64,000 nt of DNA from Candidatus Latescibacterota bacterium. GTDB lineage: Bacteria > Latescibacterota > UBA2968. The translations under genes were made by a program, and so were the position numbers. The first letter of the stretch is position 1, and each line of letters begins with the position of its first letter. The stretch lies in NCBI GenBank assembly GCA_038279365.1, contig JAYODI010000015.1, forward strand, positions 10,169-74,168, written 5' to 3'. Of this stretch, positions 50,391-60,144 are shown one piece after another. Below the pieces are notes generated by a model. That model was not told the DNA's origin. It did no database searches and worked only from the letters and a program-made list of their open reading frames with translations.

Positions 50391-51506
50391 CTATAACTTA
50401 AATTCCAAACTCTGTGGTTTTCTGGGCAATGGATTTTGGCGATGTGCTTCTTCCATCACCGCAATTTGTTTGCGCGTTTGCTCAGGTTTAATCAAGCGCT
50501 CAGCACCATTGACAAGCACATCATATACATTGTTGTAAAACCGCTCGGGGCCACTGGGCATCGATTCAAGTGTATAACCCACCGACCCAGACGTTGGCTC
50601 ACCAAGCGTCCACGATTCTTCTGTATATTTGAGTTCTTCCCGTGGATATTTGCGATCAATAGACCACAGCCACATATCGTGTTTGGGTGCCGTATCGGGG
50701 TCAAAATATTTCCATTTGAGCTCGCGTGCCCCCCCAATGAGCCCTCCACAGGTACCACTTATGTTATAGGTATAAGGATCTGAGTAGGTATATAAGGAAC
50801 TGATATCAATATCAATTTGAGGTGCTTTTCGCTCAGGATCCCACAATGTCATCGTAATATGATTCTCGGCATCCCCTTCAAATGGGTTACGGCAATCCAT
50901 CCGACAAAATACCTCGGGCGTGTTTTCCCAGCCAAACAAACACAAAGCCTGATCCACCGCATGAGGGCCTGTGTTCAGCAAACTTCCCCCCCACAAATCT
51001 TGCCGCGTCTGCCAATCCCACCGTCGGCGGAAACCGCTCCAAGTAGATCGGATATGAACAATTTCACCCAAAACACCCGATGCAATCACTTCTTGAATTT
51101 TATCGAAAAATGGTTGCAACCGGTTATTTTGAAAAGGAAAAAACAGGCGGTTGTTCTTATCTGCCGCTTCGGTAATGCGATCAAAATCGGCCACCGTACG
51201 CGCATTGGGCTTTTCACAAATCACATGATAGCCTGCATTTAAAGCCGCAATACTGGCATCCACATGCAAAGGAGATGGCAGTGCATTCACAAAAAGATCA
51301 AACCCACCCTCTTCGAGCATCGGGCGCCAATCGCTGTACACCTTCTCCGCTTTGAGTTCTACCTCGGCATCTTCACGACGCTCAGGGAGTTGATCGGCCA
51401 CAGATGCAATGGTAAACCGATCAAGATCTTGCATGAGCCGTTTTGAATGAATGTTATAACCGCTGCGCCCTTGGCCACCAACAGCAACGCGAATTTTGTC
51501 AGACAT
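50391..51506 (-). CDS. Gfo/Idh/MocA family oxidoreductase
   Basis: GQGRSG, HVICEKP, FQNNR, GGSLLNTGPHAVDQ. Confidence 0.9.
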   Translation of the reverse strand: MSDKIRVAVGGQGRSGYNIHSKRLMQDLDRFTIASVADQLPERREDAEVELKAEKVYSDWRPMLEEGGFDLFVNALPSPLHVDASIAALNAGYHVICEKPNARTVADFDRITEAADKNNRLFFPFQNNRLQPFFDKIQEVIASGVLGEIVHIRSTWSGFRRRWDWQTRQDLWGGSLLNTGPHAVDQALCLFGWENTPEVFCRMDCRNPFEGDAENHITMTLWDPERKAPQIDIDISSLYTYSDPYTYNISGTCGGLIGGARELKWKYFDPDTAPKHDMWLWSIDRKYPREELKYTEESWTLGEPTSGSVGYTLESMPSGPERFYNNVYDVLVNGAERLIKPEQTRKQIAVMEEAHRQNPLPRKPQSLEFKL

Positions 51507-51939
51507 GGATGCTCCTTTTGGATAATAATAACATCATCACCTTATAAGTATCTGATTTTTAACCTCACACGCCCTTTAAGCGCCCCCATAGTATATAAAA
51601 TATCATATCAAAACAAGCGATTTAAAAACCGCCTAAGAAGAAATAATAGGGCACAAAATATCGCTACTGAAACGCACATCAACTATATTATACGTAAACA
51701 TTGTGACCACATTCAAAAAATGTGTTTGGCCAATAAAGCCAAAATCAAATATCCCAATAGGCGTTATCAAAGGAAAGCTTGGCCATGAGCCGCCAACCCC
51801 TTTTGGAAGTGCGAAAAAGTCTCCAAGTTGCGTAGTACAAATGAATGTAAACGATGGCCAAGCGGGTTTCACCGTGAACAGGCAAAACGACCTGCCCGAA
51901 TACACATACCATACGCTCTAACGCAATGGAGTACACCAC

Positions 51940-53085
51940 ATGCGACTTATCAAAGAATTACCCGATCCATTTCTTTTAAAAAACGGCCAACGCGTTGCAT
52001 CTATAAAAGACTGGCAAAAGCGCCGTGAAGAAATAAAAGACATGATGCTCAACATCCAATATGGCACCATGCCAGGTGCGCCAGAAGGTGTCTTTGCCAC
52101 AACGCTTGAAACCGAAACATTCAAAAACGGTGAAACACGCGAAAAACTACGTCTTGAATTCACACCACAAAAAAGCCATCCCAACATCACATTTGGCGTT
52201 GACGTTACCATTTGGCGGCCCTCAGAACAAACCATCAAAAAACGAAAAGAGACCCTGCCTGCATTTGGCAAAAAAGGTCTCCCTGCACTCGTCTATGTGG
52301 GCAACAGAAAATTCGAAAGTCTCCTCAACAACGGCTACATGATCATCTGTTATGAAAACAACCAACTGGAACCCATGGAAATGGGCCATGCCATCGTTGG
52401 CCCCGCACGAACAGCCTATCAAGAACTCGAACCCAACACCTACTCATGGGGCTCTATATCCGTTTGGGCATGGGGTGGTTTGCGGGTTTTTGAATACGCT
52501 TTATCTTTACCCGAAATTGACAACAACCAAATCATAATCTCAGGCCATTCTCGCAACGGCAAAACCGCCTTGCTTGCAGGTGCTTTAGATGATCGCATCG
52601 CCCTTGTCAATCCCGCAGGATCAGGCTGTGCCGGAGCAGGATCTTATCTGGCTCTCGGTGACAAATGCGAAGACCTCGCCGCCCTCACCAGCCGAGAAAG
52701 ATGGTGGGCCTGGACACATCCTCATTTCGAAAACTTTGTAGGAAAAGAAGAAGAACTGCCCTTTGACCAACACTTTCTCATGGGCCTTGTGGCGCCCCGC
52801 CCCCTCCTGCGCACCGAAGGCACCACCGACGAATGGGCAAACCCCGAGGGCACCTGTGTTTCCTTCTTGGCCACCGAACCCATTTATCATTTTTTAAACG
52901 TTCCCGAGCACAATGGCATTTACTTTCACGAAGGTGGTCATGACCACACCGAAGAAGATGCCGCCGCATTGGTCGCATTTGCAGATGCCTATTTTTTTAG
53001 AATGCCCACAACAACAAATTTTAAAACATTGCTACGAGATGAAACAGAATTCCCAATAAGCTTTTCTTGGACACACCCAACTTAA
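51940..53085 (+). CDS. CE15-like glucuronoyl/methylesterase
   Basis: WGSISVWAWG, GHSRNGK nucleophile motif, LPFDQHFLMGLVAPRP, GGHD. Confidence 0.85.
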   Translation: MRLIKELPDPFLLKNGQRVASIKDWQKRREEIKDMMLNIQYGTMPGAPEGVFATTLETETFKNGETREKLRLEFTPQKSHPNITFGVDVTIWRPSEQTIKKRKETLPAFGKKGLPALVYVGNRKFESLLNNGYMIICYENNQLEPMEMGHAIVGPARTAYQELEPNTYSWGSISVWAWGGLRVFEYALSLPEIDNNQIIISGHSRNGKTALLAGALDDRIALVNPAGSGCAGAGSYLALGDKCEDLAALTSRERWWAWTHPHFENFVGKEEELPFDQHFLMGLVAPRPLLRTEGTTDEWANPEGTCVSFLATEPIYHFLNVPEHNGIYFHEGGHDHTEEDAAALVAFADAYFFRMPTTTNFKTLLRDETEFPISFSWTHPT

Positions 53086-53193
53086 AGACAACCCAAACCA
53101 AGTTTATCCATAAAAAACGTCCAATAAAAAATGGCGGTGCCACTTCTGGCACTGCCAAACCATCATCAACCCGTAAAAACCAATGTTATCGCA

Positions 53194-53451
53194 TTAGCGT
53201 ACGTCTGTCTCCAAGCTTTCCATATAGGAACGCAGCACCGCATTCATCCGCGATTGATATCCCTTCCCCCTATTCTTGAACCAATCCAGCACATCGCTAT
53301 CAATGCGAATCGTGACCGCTTTCTTAGATTGGGGAAAAACCACTTTGGCATTCTTCCAAAACTCGGGCCCAAGCTCTGCAATATCTGAGTAATCAATCTC
53401 GGAGTCAGGAATTGCCGCGATCTCCTCAAGTCTCTTCTTTGAAATGGGCAT
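53194..53451 (-). CDS. brnA: BrnA-family antitoxin
   Basis: IDYSDI.EL..EFW, VTIRIDSDVLDWFK..GKGYQSRMNAVLRSY. Confidence 0.9.
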   Translation of the reverse strand: MPISKKRLEEIAAIPDSEIDYSDIAELGPEFWKNAKVVFPQSKKAVTIRIDSDVLDWFKNRGKGYQSRMNAVLRSYMESLETDVR

Positions 53452-53716
53452 AATATCTCTTCCTTTCACGAACATTCGCTCTTCGAGCAGAAATAATACG
53501 AGTCTTTCGGTCACGTGGTGTATGGGCAACCACGAGCAGAACCACAACAGAATCACCAATTTCACCCACACTAATAAACCGAGGTTCCCCATAGTCTTGA
53601 CGTGTATCTTCCCACATCAACACGAAACGCCCGAAGATCTCTTTAGCCTCTTCAAAACGAATTCCGTGTTTGTCTTGGTTCAACTGGTTTTTGTCCTCAT
53701 CCCATTCGAATTCCAT
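53426..53716 (-). CDS. brnT: BrnT-family toxin
   Basis: MEFEWDEDKN..N..KHGIRFEEA, YGEPR, RIISARRA. Confidence 0.92.
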   Translation of the reverse strand: MEFEWDEDKNQLNQDKHGIRFEEAKEIFGRFVLMWEDTRQDYGEPRFISVGEIGDSVVVLLVVAHTPRDRKTRIISARRANVRERKRYYAHFKEET

Positions 53717-53722
53717 ACTCAA

Positions 53723-53765
53723 AGTATACCGATAAAAGAATTATTTGTAAATACAATTGTATTTA
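53723..53765 (-). promoter_or_regulatory. brnTA promoter with overlapping palindromic operator
   Basis: TTTACA-17 nt-TATACT on the minus strand; perfect 18-bp palindrome TAAATACAATTGTATTTA (53748-53765) overlapping -35. Confidence 0.6.
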
Positions 53766-53772
53766 TTTCATA

Positions 53773-53931
53773 AAGGTGGCAACAACCACACTGAAGAAGA
53801 TACCACCGCATTGGCTGCTTTAGCAGATGTACATTTTTTTTGACTTGTCATCTGCAACAAATTTCAAAACATTAACTACGAGACCCATCTGAATTTCCAA
53901 ATGGCTTTTCTTGGACACACCCCACCTAAAG
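53773..53931 (+). pseudogene. Degenerate duplicate of the 3' end of the CE15 gene (52931-53087)
   Basis: Reads GGNNHTEEDTTALAALADVHFF/…ATNFKTL/LRDPSEFPNGFSWTHPT* versus GGHDHTEEDAAALVAFADAYFF…TTNFKTLLRDETEFPISFSWTHPT*; two +1 indels. Confidence 0.85.
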
Positions 53932-53938
53932 GCTTCCG

Positions 53939-54766
53939 ATGATAAAAGTTGCAACAGCACAAAGCCATATCCAAAAAGAGGTCAAAGAAAATGGTGCAGA
54001 AATTTGCAGACTCATAAATCAAGCCGCCCATGAAGGTGCCGAGCTCATCCATTTTCCTGAAGGGGCTTTATCGGGTTACTCAAAAAATGAGGTCAAAAAT
54101 TGGCAGGCATTTGACTGGCCAAATATCAGAGCCCAACTCGACCTCATCGCAAACTGCGCAAAAAAACGGGGTATCTGGGTTGTCCTTGGCTGCAGCCACC
54201 CTCTCTCACCACCCAACCGACCGCACAACAGTCTCTATGTGATTTCCAATCAAGGTAATGTGCATACCCGATATGACAAACAACTGTGTTCTTACAATGA
54301 AACGATGAACTGGTATACACCAGGGCAGAGTACCTGCGTCTTTGAAATAAAAGGCATTCGTTTTGGCTGTGCACTTTGTATTGAAATTCAATTTCCCGAA
54401 CTGTTCCTTGACTATTTATCTCAAGACGTACACTGCATCTTATTTTCTGCTTATTCCGACAGCAATATGTTTAGCATCCAAGCGCAAGGTTATGCCGCAA
54501 GTTGTAGCAGTTGGATCAGTTACTCAATACCGACAGCCATGAGCCATACCACACCGAGTAAAATGATTGGCCCGTCTGGCGAGATTGTGAGCGAATGTCA
54601 AAAGGGCCACTCAGATATCACGACAAACACAATCGATTTGGATGCAAAGGAGTGGGACATTCCAATCAAAAAAGCAAGACCGTGGCGAACCGAAGCCCGA
54701 GAAGGAAGCATTTACCGAACGCGATATGTTTCTGATGACCGCAGCACAAATAAGCAGACTTTTTAA
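53939..54766 (+). CDS. Carbon-nitrogen hydrolase (nitrilase superfamily)
   Basis: E-K-C triad: FPEG, RYDK, LCIE. Confidence 0.9.
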   Translation: MIKVATAQSHIQKEVKENGAEICRLINQAAHEGAELIHFPEGALSGYSKNEVKNWQAFDWPNIRAQLDLIANCAKKRGIWVVLGCSHPLSPPNRPHNSLYVISNQGNVHTRYDKQLCSYNETMNWYTPGQSTCVFEIKGIRFGCALCIEIQFPELFLDYLSQDVHCILFSAYSDSNMFSIQAQGYAASCSSWISYSIPTAMSHTTPSKMIGPSGEIVSECQKGHSDITTNTIDLDAKEWDIPIKKARPWRTEAREGSIYRTRYVSDDRSTNKQTF

Positions 54767-54862
54767 TGCCAAAAATTAATCCGTCCATTCGCCGTAAATA
54801 AACACACCCATAACGCATCGTTATTGGCAAATGACAACTTTTTAACAATACTGTGTACAAAT

Positions 54863-55576
54863 ATGAAAAATGAATTCACCGTCCAAGGACAAGCCGCCTT
54901 TCTCATATTGCCACCCAACCCAGACGCCGCGCAAGCCACGCCCTGGATCTGGTATGCCCCCACACTTCCGGGCCTGCCATCAGAAGCAGAAACGTGGATG
55001 TTCGATCAGTTCTTAGCCCAAGGCATTGCCATTGCTGGCATAGATGTCGGTGAGTCTTTTGGCAGCCCAAAAGGACGCGCCCTCTATTCTGCACTTTATC
55101 ACACACTCACCCAAGAACATGGTTTATCCAAAAAGACCTGCCTCTTGGCCCGAAGCCGTGGTGGGCTTATGTTATACAACTGGGCAGTCGAAAACCCCGA
55201 ATCCGTCGCATGTGTGGCGGGTATTTACCCTGTCTGCAACCTCACCAGTTACCCTGGCCTCCAACGTGCCTGCGGTGCTTATAACATGACAGAAGCACAA
55301 CTATCAGACCAAATAACCAAACATAACCCCATTGACCGACTCGCCCCACTTGCAAAAGCAAAAGTGCCCATCTTTCACATTCACGGGGATATTGACGAAG
55401 TCGTTCCGCTCAATGAAAACTCAAAAGAACTGGCCAAGCGATATACCCAATTCGGTGGCGAAATAACACTCAAAACAATCCAAGACCAAGGTCACAACAT
55501 GTGGTCAGGTTTCTTCCAATGCCAAGAGTTGGTCAATTTTATAATCACCCACACCGCATCTTTCTCAACTTCGTAA
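54863..55576 (+). CDS. Alpha/beta hydrolase (S9-like)
   Basis: PWIWYAPTL, ARSRGG, HIHGDID.VVP, GHN. Confidence 0.8.
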   Translation: MKNEFTVQGQAAFLILPPNPDAAQATPWIWYAPTLPGLPSEAETWMFDQFLAQGIAIAGIDVGESFGSPKGRALYSALYHTLTQEHGLSKKTCLLARSRGGLMLYNWAVENPESVACVAGIYPVCNLTSYPGLQRACGAYNMTEAQLSDQITKHNPIDRLAPLAKAKVPIFHIHGDIDEVVPLNENSKELAKRYTQFGGEITLKTIQDQGHNMWSGFFQCQELVNFIITHTASFSTS

Positions 55577-55629
55577 AAACGCATTTCAATAAACCCACAT
55601 ATTGTGAACCAATAACCTGGTTATAGGAA

Positions 55630-57801
55630 ATGGACAAAATGAAACCCATCATCAAAACAACCTGCCTCATATTCATGTTTTTTATACCCCTTACGCTCGG
55701 TGCTCAAATAGACGATTTCAAAACCATAAAGGACAGGGTGGTCGCTGAACTCTTAAAATCCTCGGTCAATGACCGTCGCGTAGAAAGCATCGTCAACAAA
55801 ATGAATGATGATGGCAGTTTTAATGACATCAATTATGAGGACTTGAGCAGAACAGCAGGATTTCCTCAGGGAAGACATACGTCTAATCTGGTTTACTTGG
55901 CAAAAGCATATCGAGACAAATCATCTGCATTTTTTAATCAAAAAGAGATAAAAGAAACCATTACATTGGGATTCAAATATTGGGTTGACAACGATTTTTT
56001 TGGCGACAACTGGCACAACAATCAAATAACAACACCCTCCAACTTGGTTAATTTGATGTTGCTTATCGGTGATGAGTTGCCAAAGGATCTCGTTGAAAAA
56101 GGGCAACCCATTATCGGCAGAGCTCACATGAAGGCATCAGGTGCGCGCCCCAGTGGCGACAGAATTGTCATTGCTGGCATTCTCGCAAAAAATCTCCTTT
56201 TTAAAGGGGATCGCACACAATTTGCTGAGATCATAAAGCTCATAGAAGGTGAAGTAAAATTCTCTACGGGCAGTCGAGGCATGCAACACGATTTTAGCTT
56301 TCATCACCGGCAAGACAGAGTCAACAACACCACATCATACGGCTATGGCAAATATGCCAATGCGTTTGGTGAATGGTCTTCTTATGTGGCAAAAACAGAA
56401 TACGCCTTTTCAGTTGAAAAGATCAATCACCTCATCGACTATTATCTCGATGGCATATTCAAGCAACAAGTTTATGCCATCTATTCAGATGTGAGTGTTA
56501 AAAACAGAAGCATTACCCATAAGGCAAGATTTAGGCCACAAGGTACGCTTGAAATTGAGCGCTTGTTACAAAGCACAGATTATCGAAAAGATGAATTAGA
56601 GGAAGTCATCCGATTGCGAAAAGGAGAAACCAAACCCTCGCAGTCTTTTGCAAAATTCTTCTGGCAAACAGAGCACTTTGTGTTTCAACGGCCCAATTTT
56701 TATACCACGGTCAGAATGTTTTCAACCCGAAACAGAAACATGGAAGAACCTTATAATGGCCCAGGAAAACCCACGCACCACAGAGCCGATGGCACCAATT
56801 ATTTGATGCGCAAAGGTGACGAGTATCACAACATCTGGCCCGTTTATGATTGGCAGAAAATTTCGGGCACAACCATCGTTCAGAAACCCGCATTACATCC
56901 ACCTGAAGAAATTCAAAAAGAGGGTCTAACAGATTTTGTCGGTGCCGTTACCGATGGGTTATTGGGTGCCGTTGCTTTCGATTTTAAAAGCCCACATGAT
57001 TTTGTGGAAGCCAAAAAAGCGTGGTTCTTTTTTGACGATGTGTATGTTTGTTTGGGTACCGACATCCAATCAAATCAAAGATTGCCCGTTTTCACAACCA
57101 TCAACCAAGTTCTCATGCGAAGCGACGTGACAATATCGCAGAACGGTAAAATTGAAACCTTGTTAGAAGGTGACCGCGTTTTGGAAAACGTAAAATGGGT
57201 ACACCAAGACCATGTTGGATATATTTTTCCAAAGCCTGAAACGATTTCTTTGTCAAACCAAATACAAACGGGACGTTGGTCAGACATTACAGATGAAAAG
57301 AACGTTTCGGATGAATTGGTGAGTGAGAAAGTATTTGCGATGTGGTTCGACCATGGCAAGCGCCCTAAAAATGCATCATACCATTACATCGTCGTGCCAG
57401 ATGTAACCGAAACAGAAATGCGTGAAATGAGCAACGCCAATCACAACATACAAATTCTTGTCAACACACCCAACATACAAGGCGTGAAACATTCAAAACG
57501 CAATATCAGTCAACTGGCATTTTATAAAGCTGGAAAAGTTGAAATTTCAAATGACACAGCCGTCAGCATGGACAGTCAGGGAATGGCCATGATAAAAATG
57601 AGCGGAAACAAAATTGAGACATTATCCGTTTCAGACCCTTCGAGAAAATTGAATAGAATGACAATGACCGTTTCGGGTATCTATCATTCAAAAAGCGACA
57701 ATTTTTTCACCATACCAAACAAAAAAGAGCACAACACCTTGATTGTGATTGATTTGCCACAGGGTGTTTATGCAGGAAAAAGCGTAACGATTGATATGTG
57801 A
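55630..57801 (+). CDS. Polysaccharide lyase family 8 (chondroitin AC/hyaluronate lyase-like), secreted
   Basis: Signal peptide; NWHNNQI, GMQHDFSFHH..SYGYG, ADGTNY, WPVYDWQKISGTT, AKKAWFFFDD, SVSDPSRKL, GKSV C-terminus. Confidence 0.9.
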   Translation: MDKMKPIIKTTCLIFMFFIPLTLGAQIDDFKTIKDRVVAELLKSSVNDRRVESIVNKMNDDGSFNDINYEDLSRTAGFPQGRHTSNLVYLAKAYRDKSSAFFNQKEIKETITLGFKYWVDNDFFGDNWHNNQITTPSNLVNLMLLIGDELPKDLVEKGQPIIGRAHMKASGARPSGDRIVIAGILAKNLLFKGDRTQFAEIIKLIEGEVKFSTGSRGMQHDFSFHHRQDRVNNTTSYGYGKYANAFGEWSSYVAKTEYAFSVEKINHLIDYYLDGIFKQQVYAIYSDVSVKNRSITHKARFRPQGTLEIERLLQSTDYRKDELEEVIRLRKGETKPSQSFAKFFWQTEHFVFQRPNFYTTVRMFSTRNRNMEEPYNGPGKPTHHRADGTNYLMRKGDEYHNIWPVYDWQKISGTTIVQKPALHPPEEIQKEGLTDFVGAVTDGLLGAVAFDFKSPHDFVEAKKAWFFFDDVYVCLGTDIQSNQRLPVFTTINQVLMRSDVTISQNGKIETLLEGDRVLENVKWVHQDHVGYIFPKPETISLSNQIQTGRWSDITDEKNVSDELVSEKVFAMWFDHGKRPKNASYHYIVVPDVTETEMREMSNANHNIQILVNTPNIQGVKHSKRNISQLAFYKAGKVEISNDTAVSMDSQGMAMIKMSGNKIETLSVSDPSRKLNRMTMTVSGIYHSKSDNFFTIPNKKEHNTLIVIDLPQGVYAGKSVTIDM

Positions 57802-57853
57802 CAACATTGGAAACACGATCGTATAAAACTCATGAATGGACGGAGTAAATACA

Positions 57854-58801
57854 ATGACCCTCCCAGTATGCGACCCCCACTTTCACCTGTGGAACAACAA
57901 AGAACGCCTCAATCTCAACTTAGGCGAAAGCGTACAAAAAAACTTACCCATCTACATCGCCAAAGACTATGCCCAAGACATGGACACCTTGCCAGCCCCC
58001 TTAAAACGCGTCTCTGGTGTACACGTTGAAACCGTTGTCGGTCAAATGGAAGGTGGGTTTCCACTCGACACCGTAGAAGAAACAACGTGGGTCTGCAAAC
58101 AACTTGCCCCCACCGAATCACAATATCCCTTTGCCATTGTCGGCCACGTGCACCTGGCCAAAGATATCGCATACAGCAACGATTTGTTGCAACAACACAT
58201 CGAAGCATCCAACGGACGATTTCGCGGTGTGCGCATGATTCTCAACCATCACCCCAAAAACCCCGCACTCACCTGGCCCCAAGTTGAACACGGCAACTTT
58301 TTACTCAATCCCATTTTTGCAGAAAGCATCGCACTGCTCGGTCAAAAAAGCCTATCTTTTGACTTACAATGCAACCCCCATCAAATACAAGATGCCGTCA
58401 AAGTCTTTCAAAAACATCCCGAAACACGTATAATAGTCAACCACCTCGGCCTACTGCCCGACGGCGCAGATGAGACCACAGAGCAACTCTGGCATGAAGG
58501 TATGAAATCACTCTCAGACCTTCCGAACGTTTACATGAAACTCTCTATGCTCTTTTTTGCACAACACGGCTATCACCAAGACACAAACAAAGAAAACAAA
58601 ATCAAAAACATGGTTCGAGAAGTGATCGATCTATTTGGCACAAACCGATGCATGTTTGCCAGCAACTATCCCGTAGACAAGTTGCAAGGTGTAAACATCA
58701 ATATCCTTTACAGCCTCTTTCTCAAATGGACCGAAGACTTTTCACACACCGAACGCACCGCACTCTTTCACGACACCGCCGTTCACGCATACAGCCTTTA
58801 G
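57854..58801 (+). CDS. Amidohydrolase family protein (sugar lactonase-like)
   Basis: DPHFHLW, FRGVR, SFDLQ, NHLG, YMKLS, FASNYPVD. Confidence 0.85.
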   Translation: MTLPVCDPHFHLWNNKERLNLNLGESVQKNLPIYIAKDYAQDMDTLPAPLKRVSGVHVETVVGQMEGGFPLDTVEETTWVCKQLAPTESQYPFAIVGHVHLAKDIAYSNDLLQQHIEASNGRFRGVRMILNHHPKNPALTWPQVEHGNFLLNPIFAESIALLGQKSLSFDLQCNPHQIQDAVKVFQKHPETRIIVNHLGLLPDGADETTEQLWHEGMKSLSDLPNVYMKLSMLFFAQHGYHQDTNKENKIKNMVREVIDLFGTNRCMFASNYPVDKLQGVNINILYSLFLKWTEDFSHTERTALFHDTAVHAYSL

Positions 58802-58827
58802 TCAACACCCAAAACGATGGAGCAATA

Positions 58828-59175
58828 ATGCCTTTTTGTATGGCCGAAACCACCCCCGACATCACAACACCCGAAATCACCATTGAAGACGAAACCAAAT
58901 CTTTACACATCACACCTTGGAATACGGTTCTTCTCAATGACAATGACCATACCTATGAGTATGTCATTCGTATGCTGTGTAAAATCATTGGCGTGCACCC
59001 AAATGTCGCACGCAAAATGGCCACCGAAGTTGACACAGCAGGTCGTGTGATTGTCTTCACCGGCTCTCGTGAACGCTGCGAACTCATTCAACAACAAATT
59101 CACAACTGGGGAGCCGATCCGCTCATTCCGTGGTGTAAAGGATCTATGAGCGCGGTGATTGAAGAAGCTGCGTAA
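58828..59175 (+). CDS. clpS: ATP-dependent Clp protease adaptor ClpS
   Basis: VLLNDNDHTYEYVIRML, EVD..GRVIV, GSMSAVIE. Confidence 0.9.
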   Translation: MPFCMAETTPDITTPEITIEDETKSLHITPWNTVLLNDNDHTYEYVIRMLCKIIGVHPNVARKMATEVDTAGRVIVFTGSRERCELIQQQIHNWGADPLIPWCKGSMSAVIEEAA

Positions 59176-59180
59176 AAAGA

Positions 59181-59220
59181 AAAAAGGGATTTACGTTTTA
59201 TGACGTAAATCCCTTTTTTT
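59181..59220. terminator. Bidirectional terminator
   Basis: aaaaagggatttacgt...acgtaaatcccttttttt. Confidence 0.8.
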
Positions 59221-59256
59221 ATTTACATACCCTCAAGCAGACCCTTTCGGCCAAAT

Positions 59257-59553
59257 TCAAATCTTCACCTGTGCCTCTATATAAGATCGCAAAACAGCAT
59301 TCATTTTTGACTGATAATCTTCTGCCTGCCCTTTAAACCAGTTGATAACATCATTATCCAACTGCACCAAATTATCAGCGTGCGGTCGCACAACTTCTAT
59401 ACGGTTAAATTGAAAATTTTCCAAAAAAACGGTATCAGGATCGTCTTTCACCGCTTGCGCAATCTCTGTATCCGTCAATCCTTCGAGACGTTCCAAATCT
59501 GTTCCGTTTTCCGTGATCTTACCCGAAGAAATCTTGGTATTTTCGCCGTTCAT
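59257..59553 (-). CDS. brnA: BrnA-family antitoxin
   Basis: TDLERLEGLTDTEI..AV.DDPD, LDNDVINWFK....YQSKMNAVLRSY. Confidence 0.85.
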   Translation of the reverse strand: MNGENTKISSGKITENGTDLERLEGLTDTEIAQAVKDDPDTVFLENFQFNRIEVVRPHADNLVQLDNDVINWFKGQAEDYQSKMNAVLRSYIEAQVKI

Positions 59554-59788
59554 TTTGACTTGCCCTTCTCGCAGAAATAAGACGTATTTTTTCATCACGA
59601 ATGGTATAGATAACAGTAATCTCAATATGGTCTAAAAGACCAATTTCTAAAACCCTTGTTTCCCCATATGCTTGATCATTCACAAACTGACAGACAGGCA
59701 ATTTAAAAATTTCTTTTGCATCAGAAAAATGAATACCGTGTTTGCCAATGTTACTCTGGTTTTTAGCTTCATCCCATTCAAATAGCAT
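59519..59788 (-). CDS. brnT: BrnT-family toxin
   Basis: MLFEWDEAKNQSNIGKHGIHF, YGETR, IRLISARRA..NERRKY. Confidence 0.9.
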   Translation of the reverse strand: MLFEWDEAKNQSNIGKHGIHFSDAKEIFKLPVCQFVNDQAYGETRVLEIGLLDHIEITVIYTIRDEKIRLISARRASQNERRKYQDFFG

Positions 59789-60144
59789 GCAACCATATTC
59801 CTAACAAAATATAGGTTATTCTTCACATAACTCAAGCCTGTTTCTTCATTCTGCAAAATGAACATTTTATTCATATAAGTGAAAAAAATGATTCATCTTC
59901 CGTTGATATTTCATACAAACCATCGGCATATCTATTGAATGCATCCCTGTCTAAAGGTCACGTCAATAAGGGTTTGGAGACTTGAAAACAGCGAAAAGTT
60001 TATCTTTACCTCCCAAATAATTAGCACACATTGTGCCAATTCATTCATCAAGTAGATTAAAAAATCAAGATTTTAAAATTGATTTTCTTTATCTTGGATA
60101 ATCATTGAAAGAACATCTCAACCTTTTAAACAGAAAGACAAACC

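Noticed and set aside
51600-51939. Short ORFs 51703-51921 (+), 51633-51905 (-) and 51745-51939 (-)
   Set aside because: No recognisable motif or convincing RBS; cannot choose a coding frame; may be a remnant or non-coding
52931-53931. Diversity-generating retroelement VR/TR pair
   Set aside because: Differences are not adenine-specific and include indels, and there is no reverse transcriptase in the window
59233-59985. Possible inverted repeats (tcaagcagaccctt / aagggtttggagacttga) flanking the second brnTA
   Set aside because: Short, gapped match with no target duplication; likely chance
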